DNA from: Opitutales bacterium
Lineage (GTDB): Bacteria; Verrucomicrobiota; Verrucomicrobiia; Opitutales; PNEW01
Direction: 5' to 3'
DNA length: 64,000 nt
Assembly (NCBI GenBank): GCA_965197745.1
Contig: CBDANS010000007.1
Span: 352,001-416,000 of the forward strand
The notes beneath the pieces were generated by a model. The model had not been told where the DNA came from. It worked only from the letters and a program-made list of their open reading frames with translations, and did not search any database. Below are positions 59,148 to 64,000 of this stretch, piece after piece (positions within the stretch are counted from its first letter, which is position 1; every line of letters starts with the position of its first letter). A program made the position numbers and the translations under genes.

Positions 59148-61748
59148 TTAATCAATCGTCATTTCTTCCACATGGACTGCAATTTCCCGACCATCCGCGT
59201 GTGAGAAGGTTGCATTGATGCTTTGGGTCGGTTGATAAATTCCCTCCGAATTCACATTGTTCTGCGAAATCAATGTCTCAAACCCCGGGGTGATCGATCC
59301 ACTACGCGCGATCACGATTGAAGATCCATTGCTTTGAATAAGATCGCCCCCGGCTATCGGCAGCCCTGGATTGGCCGCATTGACCGTGAAGGAACCCTCA
59401 CCAAAAAGAAGGACCGGAACCGAACTGCCGTTGGCGTCAATGTCACCTATCAAGACACGAACTGACACCGGTATACCAGGAGCCTTTAATCCCACTTCTC
59501 CATCCAAATCACTAAAGCGGGCGTTCGCACAAAGGATTCCTCCAAAACCTGTGGAATTAGTGATCTCCAGCAAGGATACATCCGCCATTCCGTCATACAC
59601 TTCGCTTTCCCGGAATAACGACTGGTTCACTGCATTAATCGGCCCCACGGTGAAGATGCTCATGAAAGTGTTTTCGTCAGCTTCTTCGACCTTAATGCTG
59701 GCACGACCTTTAACATAATTCACCGATGGTTGATTATATTTTACCGGGGTTGCAGCCGCTTCGAAGGTGTCCGGGTCCAGGGAAATTGTCACTACCGCAT
59801 TACCGGAAAATTCCACCTGCACAATGTCATCGTTTAAGTCTAAGAAAGAGACACGTGTGATCTCCTCCTCATCGGACTGCAATCTTACGCTTTGCCCGGT
59901 GAGCAAGACCTGGTTATAGACATTGCCGTTGGCGTGGGTAATGTTCTCACCAACCGTCTCACCACTGCCTTCAACGACGAGATCAACCAAGCGCACTTCA
60001 TCATCAGCGAGATCTTCGATTATCACTTCAACCCTTTCATGGTCCAGTATGATTCCTGAGAGGGGGTCTATTGCAGCGCTGTTGGTTTCTTCTATAATGC
60101 CTTCTTCGAAGGCATCTCTAATGTCGCTTAAACCCGTTTCAAAGTCATATATATGAGAGGAATCGAGTCCATCAGCAGTGGCGAACAGGTCATTAGCAGT
60201 GGCCCCTGTAAATGTGGACGATACCGTATCTATTACGAGGATATCTCCCGGATCCATGGTGCCATCGGCAAATGCTTCCGGATAAACTACAGCTACGCTA
60301 AATTCGTATTCGCCTGGAAGTTCATTTCCCGACCAGGTGTGCTGAAAAAATTCGGGATCATCCAAGGTAAAAGGCGTTGATAGATTGACGCTACTTTCGA
60401 AAGGTATGAGTGTTCGCGTATCGTACAAACTACCTAAAGTCATTCCTGAATCGGTAACTGAATAGACTGTCTCACGATCAGGCAAGGTGATCCAGGCGTA
60501 AAAGTTGACGGTCACCGGATATCCCTGGTTAAATCTCCTCAAAGAGAGATTTAAGGTTTCCCATGGACTGAATCTGTCCTGGTTCAAGTTAATGGAAATA
60601 GGATCGTTAGCTTCACTGTCTTCAGATGTGTCCGAATTGATGGGATCAATTACAATGTCAGCTGCTTCAATCGCATTGTCAGAGATCACAATATCGTCCA
60701 CGTATAAGGTCGCCGCTTCATCGCCGTAACTGTGTGCGGTTATACCGATCTCTAAATAATTGTATATCGTTTCATCCAGAAGAAGGGTTTGGCCCAGGGT
60801 ATCTATAATTTTTTCTCCGTCTTGCCAGACCTCAATTATGCCGTCGTCGTCGTCGGATAGCGTCAGATGGATTTCGATGTGCACCCATTCACCGGTGGGA
60901 AACACCACTTCTTGCCCTTTGGGTTGATAATATTTCTTTTTCGACACCCATTTTAATTCCATCAATAATTCACCTTCGGGAGGGAGCATGAGTCTTATCC
61001 CCGGTCTTTGTTCATACCAGGTTGTCTCAAGATCCCATAAAGTGAATGGGATACCCCCTTCGGCAATATAGTACCATCCGGAAAACCATACGTCATCACC
61101 CCTGACATAATGGAACATTTCTGACCCAAGGAATGCCTTGGCTGTAACCATCTCATCCGACTTCGGCACGCTATAAGCTTTTAACGCGCTACTTCCCGTA
61201 TGGACATTTTCTGAACTCGGTTCTATCCGGTTATCGAGGAAATCAGATTCCCCCCGTAAGATCAGTTTCCTCAGTGAGACATAGTCTGGGACTGTAGGCG
61301 TCAAGGGGGATTGCACCACGAAATCCGTCCACCCCTGTTCTATGTTTACAAGGTCCCGGATAGTGTAAACGTTTTCATAGTCTTCCTCAAAATACCTTTT
61401 AACTTCAAATTTCTGTTGTCCGGTATAGGGATCCTTTCTATATATTTTGTTTTCAATTTCAGTGTAGTTTTTTTGATAATAGTCATTGTCATAAAGTTCG
61501 TATATATATGACAGGGTGTTGCTATTATCATCCACCTTGTAAACATCGCCTTCGATTATTATGAAGTCGATGCCCTGAATGTTAATACTGTATTCACTTA
61601 AGTATTGATCAGAGAGTGGTCGGTCTTGTGATCCTTGAGAAAAGGATGAATACAAGAAGACAGCCATCCCAAGTAATATCAGCCTTATGGAATTGCCCGT
61701 CCCTTGTAATCGTAGTTTGTAGTAATTATCAGTAACATTTGTTTTCAT
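59148..61748 (-). CDS. Secreted multidomain protein: polysaccharide-lyase-like/LamG jelly-roll + domain A + C-terminal domain B
   Basis: Signal-like N-terminus; GDDVWFSGWYY...PTGEWVHIEIH..LS...DGIIEVWQDG...LYVDDIVIS; the two downstream modules are shared with 43857-45413 and 41650-43860. Confidence 0.8.
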   Translation of the reverse strand: MKTNVTDNYYKLRLQGTGNSIRLILLGMAVFLYSSFSQGSQDRPLSDQYLSEYSINIQGIDFIIIEGDVYKVDDNSNTLSYIYELYDNDYYQKNYTEIENKIYRKDPYTGQQKFEVKRYFEEDYENVYTIRDLVNIEQGWTDFVVQSPLTPTVPDYVSLRKLILRGESDFLDNRIEPSSENVHTGSSALKAYSVPKSDEMVTAKAFLGSEMFHYVRGDDVWFSGWYYIAEGGIPFTLWDLETTWYEQRPGIRLMLPPEGELLMELKWVSKKKYYQPKGQEVVFPTGEWVHIEIHLTLSDDDDGIIEVWQDGEKIIDTLGQTLLLDETIYNYLEIGITAHSYGDEAATLYVDDIVISDNAIEAADIVIDPINSDTSEDSEANDPISINLNQDRFSPWETLNLSLRRFNQGYPVTVNFYAWITLPDRETVYSVTDSGMTLGSLYDTRTLIPFESSVNLSTPFTLDDPEFFQHTWSGNELPGEYEFSVAVVYPEAFADGTMDPGDILVIDTVSSTFTGATANDLFATADGLDSSHIYDFETGLSDIRDAFEEGIIEETNSAAIDPLSGIILDHERVEVIIEDLADDEVRLVDLVVEGSGETVGENITHANGNVYNQVLLTGQSVRLQSDEEEITRVSFLDLNDDIVQVEFSGNAVVTISLDPDTFEAAATPVKYNQPSVNYVKGRASIKVEEADENTFMSIFTVGPINAVNQSLFRESEVYDGMADVSLLEITNSTGFGGILCANARFSDLDGEVGLKAPGIPVSVRVLIGDIDANGSSVPVLLFGEGSFTVNAANPGLPIAGGDLIQSNGSSIVIARSGSITPGFETLISQNNVNSEGIYQPTQSINATFSHADGREIAVHVEEMTID

Positions 61749-61943
61749 TATTAACCTAGCTAAAATTAATATATTTAAACAGTAGTCATGCTAATGTAAT
61801 TACGGTCTTAAAGCAACAACATAAGATTTGTAAGTACCTTTTTATAAATAATTTACAAATATATTTAAAAGTTTTTTTACGGGGCGAAGAGAAATGTTGA
61901 ATATATCACTTTATATAAGAAATAATTTAACATACTTTTATAA

Positions 61944-61968
61944 TGTCGCAACGAATGGGGTTGCGACA
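61944..61968. promoter_or_regulatory. Perfect 9-bp dyad in the AT-rich upstream region (operator or hairpin)
   Basis: TGTCGCAAC-N7-GTTGCGACA, ~200 bp upstream of the 61748 start. Confidence 0.4.
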
Positions 61969-62208
61969 CGCGGTGATTAAAGAGGTCCTAATTTTACGCA
62001 CTGTGATTGATAATAAAATATTAGTTGGCTAAAACAAGTATAAGATAACTGTTATTTCGCTAATATTCCCCAATCAACTCAATCTGATATAGAGGACACC
62101 GGGTAAGACCAAACGGTCTTTTTTAATACTGAAAACACCCCATACCATGGCGATCTCATGGGAGTCGCCAACAATCTATTGGCTGCAGTGCTGTCCAATG
62201 TCTGAGTA

Positions 62209-63203
62209 TCATGATAAGCGTGCCCGTCGCCTGACCCCTTTTAGGATGCGAAAGAATAATCCTATAAGGGGAGATCGACCAGCACCTGGCGTGAAGAATT
62301 TTTTTCAGGTTTAAAAGGACTGTAGAGAAACAGTAATGCCACCAGAAACATACTGTAGCGAAAGTTAATGGAAAATATCAGTGACGTTCCAATATGAAAT
62401 AAAATTAAGGCAACGCCCCAAAGTTTGTGGAGCGAGGGACGGAAGGCGGCCCAAAATGCGAAGAACTGAATATAAAGCATGCTTATCATCAAGGGGAATC
62501 CCCACACGGTATGCTCGATAAACCAATTTCCCATCAAACTATTTGTATTATTCTGGAGAAGCCTTTCCGCTACATGAAGGGATAAGGCACGGGGATGAAA
62601 GGCATGGATCTGCCCGATAAAAAACTGATAAACAGCTCCACCCATTTTACCGATACCTGCCATTGTAAAGGTAAGCATCACCAGGGCCTGACAGCACCAG
62701 CACACACGCAGGGTAATTTGCTGTGTCAAGCGGGACACCGTTCCAGGGTGAGCCCAATGACGGGGCAGGAAAATGAGTATAAAAGAACAAATCAGCCAGA
62801 GATGCATGCCATGGTGAATATTTCCACCGTAGGAATATTTCAGCGCTAAATATTCGAGCAGTCCGAAGAATACTAATGAACGCGCCCATCGGTGTTCGCA
62901 GAAGATAGCACCCGCTAAAGCCGCGATAAAACTTCCCGCAAGAATTAACCGAACTCCGACCAGGGAGTTATTCAAGATATTCAACCAAATGACCGGCCAC
63001 AAGGGATCGGTGGGCTTTAATTTTTGATAATAGTCCCAGAGGTGAATATTGAATAAGGCATAAAAAAGGAGGAAACCATAAAAAACACGGAGCAGCACTT
63101 TCGCCACCTGGTAGGCATGCTCTTGCAAGCGCAAGGTTACATCCCAGTTAGTCTTATCCGACGATGCGAAAAACCTGTAGATTCTTTTCCAGAACAGCTT
63201 CAT
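62209..63203 (-). CDS. HTTM-like (SdpB/gamma-carboxylase-related) polytopic membrane protein; apparent 1-bp frameshift at 62268-62271
   Basis: Multiple TMs, SYGGNIHH..HLW, F.MAGIGK, FHIG...F.I.F. Adding one C extends DLPL* to DLPLIGLFFRILKGVRRRARLS*. Confidence 0.7.
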
Positions 63204-63208
63204 TACAG

Positions 63209-63664
63209 TCAGGGGGTGGAATAAGTTCTTACTGATTTTTCTAGCATGTTACCGGTCTTCCATCTGTCTACCGGATCGTACGTAACGGCCACCAGTTCAT
63301 AGCGGGAGGAAAGTGGAATGTAATTTTTTTCTAGTATTAATCGAAGACGCTCTATTTCAGACGTATTGTTTCGGTTTTCGGCCTTTCCTAATTGTTGTAC
63401 TATCTTGTATACACTGATTGAGTGCGGGTCATCGACGATAGCTGAAGCCTTTTCATAATACTGAGGGGAATCCAGTGTCTTCCCTCCCACTTGGTGTAAG
63501 AGGAGAGCGAATTTAATTTCTGGATTAGGGGTCAAAGGAAAAAGAAACCAGCAATAAACTGGAAACACTTCATGCTTCGGGGTAAGAGAAGAGAGCAACC
63601 CGCCAATAAGATAAAAGACCAGGAAAAAATGAACACCAATTACGATTAATTGATATTTTCTCAT
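63209..63664 (-). CDS. Single-TM exported partner of the HTTM-like protein (SdpA/DUF5819-like)
   Basis: TM followed by EVFPVYCWFLF; ends 5 bp upstream of the HTTM gene. Confidence 0.6.
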   Translation of the reverse strand: MRKYQLIVIGVHFFLVFYLIGGLLSSLTPKHEVFPVYCWFLFPLTPNPEIKFALLLHQVGGKTLDSPQYYEKASAIVDDPHSISVYKIVQQLGKAENRNNTSEIERLRLILEKNYIPLSSRYELVAVTYDPVDRWKTGNMLEKSVRTYSTP

Positions 63665-63867
63665 TTATTTCGACAAAAGTGGGATACCCCGTGAATGATA
63701 TTTGCGGCCCAAAAACTGCGGGCCTCAACACTATGATTTCAAAAAGATAATAAAGGAGTCTGTCTAATTATTATGGAATGATATATTAATTTCAAAAAAA
63801 ATAAATCTGACCGCTTTCCTGATTGTGTCAGTGATAACTATAGAATAGAAGAGAATTACATTCTCAA

Positions 63868-64000
63868 ATGAAATTATTATATCCCATTCTGACAATTCCG
63901 GGTGTCGTTGCTCTTTTTTTATCATTTACCTACTCCACATCACCCTGGGATGTAATAAGAGAGGAGGTATTCACGAGGGATTCATCGTCACGTCTGCAGT
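63868..64000 (+). CDS. 5' end of a putative secreted protein (runs off the window)
   Basis: MKLLYPILTIPGVVALFLSFTYS... stays open to the window end. Confidence 0.5.
   Translation, partial: MKLLYPILTIPGVVALFLSFTYSTSPWDVIREEVFTRDSSSRLQ

Noticed and set aside
62077..62212. Short ORF downstream of the HTTM gene as a RiPP precursor
   Set aside because: It is only 18 codons (MILRHWTALQPIDCWRLP) with no signal or leader features, so it cannot be supported.
1380..62889. Numerous 60-170 aa ORFs antisense to or nested within long genes
   Set aside because: These are shadow ORFs of well-supported genes, with no recognisable motifs.
1..64000. CRISPR array, tRNA or rRNA genes
   Set aside because: No regularly spaced direct repeats, cloverleaf or rRNA signatures were seen. 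The repeats found are inverted, short-unit intergenic elements.

Overview
AT-rich (roughly 44% GC, by eye) bacterial chromosomal window from a Gram-negative organism, most likely an Opitutae-like Verrucomicrobium. That placement is inferred from gene style and has not been checked. The window opens inside an IS1595-family element that appears to carry a single-chain Type IIG restriction-modification gene as cargo and to have inserted into a PhyH dioxygenase gene. Housekeeping genes follow: a fused gcvP, nth, an ArsC/Spx protein, an orphan N4/N6 MTase, clpB with a sigma-54-like promoter, and a standalone lpxD. Next comes a long run of catabolic paralogues (HOT plus BDH-like SDR, PhyH dioxygenases, amidohydrolases, SDRs, Gfo/Idh/MocA, an enolase-superfamily dehydratase, a tandem FAH, two BNR/sialidase-like proteins) and two Kelch-mutarotase/SSS symporter fusions. 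The most novel-looking signal is three secreted proteins that share two modules I cannot name. Domain B (~270 aa) is C-terminal; domain A is ~130 aa. The two are split across an overlapping gene pair at 41.6-45.4 kb and fused in one protein at 59-62 kb, which suggests a modular surface-display or sorting system. Also present are an ECF sigma factor fused to an LRR solenoid, an HTTM/SdpAB-like gene pair, an intact IS3 with a 4-bp TSD, a MITE-like element and many palindromic intergenic repeats. Four genes show apparent 1-bp deletions in homopolymer runs, probably assembly errors. No rRNA, tRNA or CRISPR array was seen.
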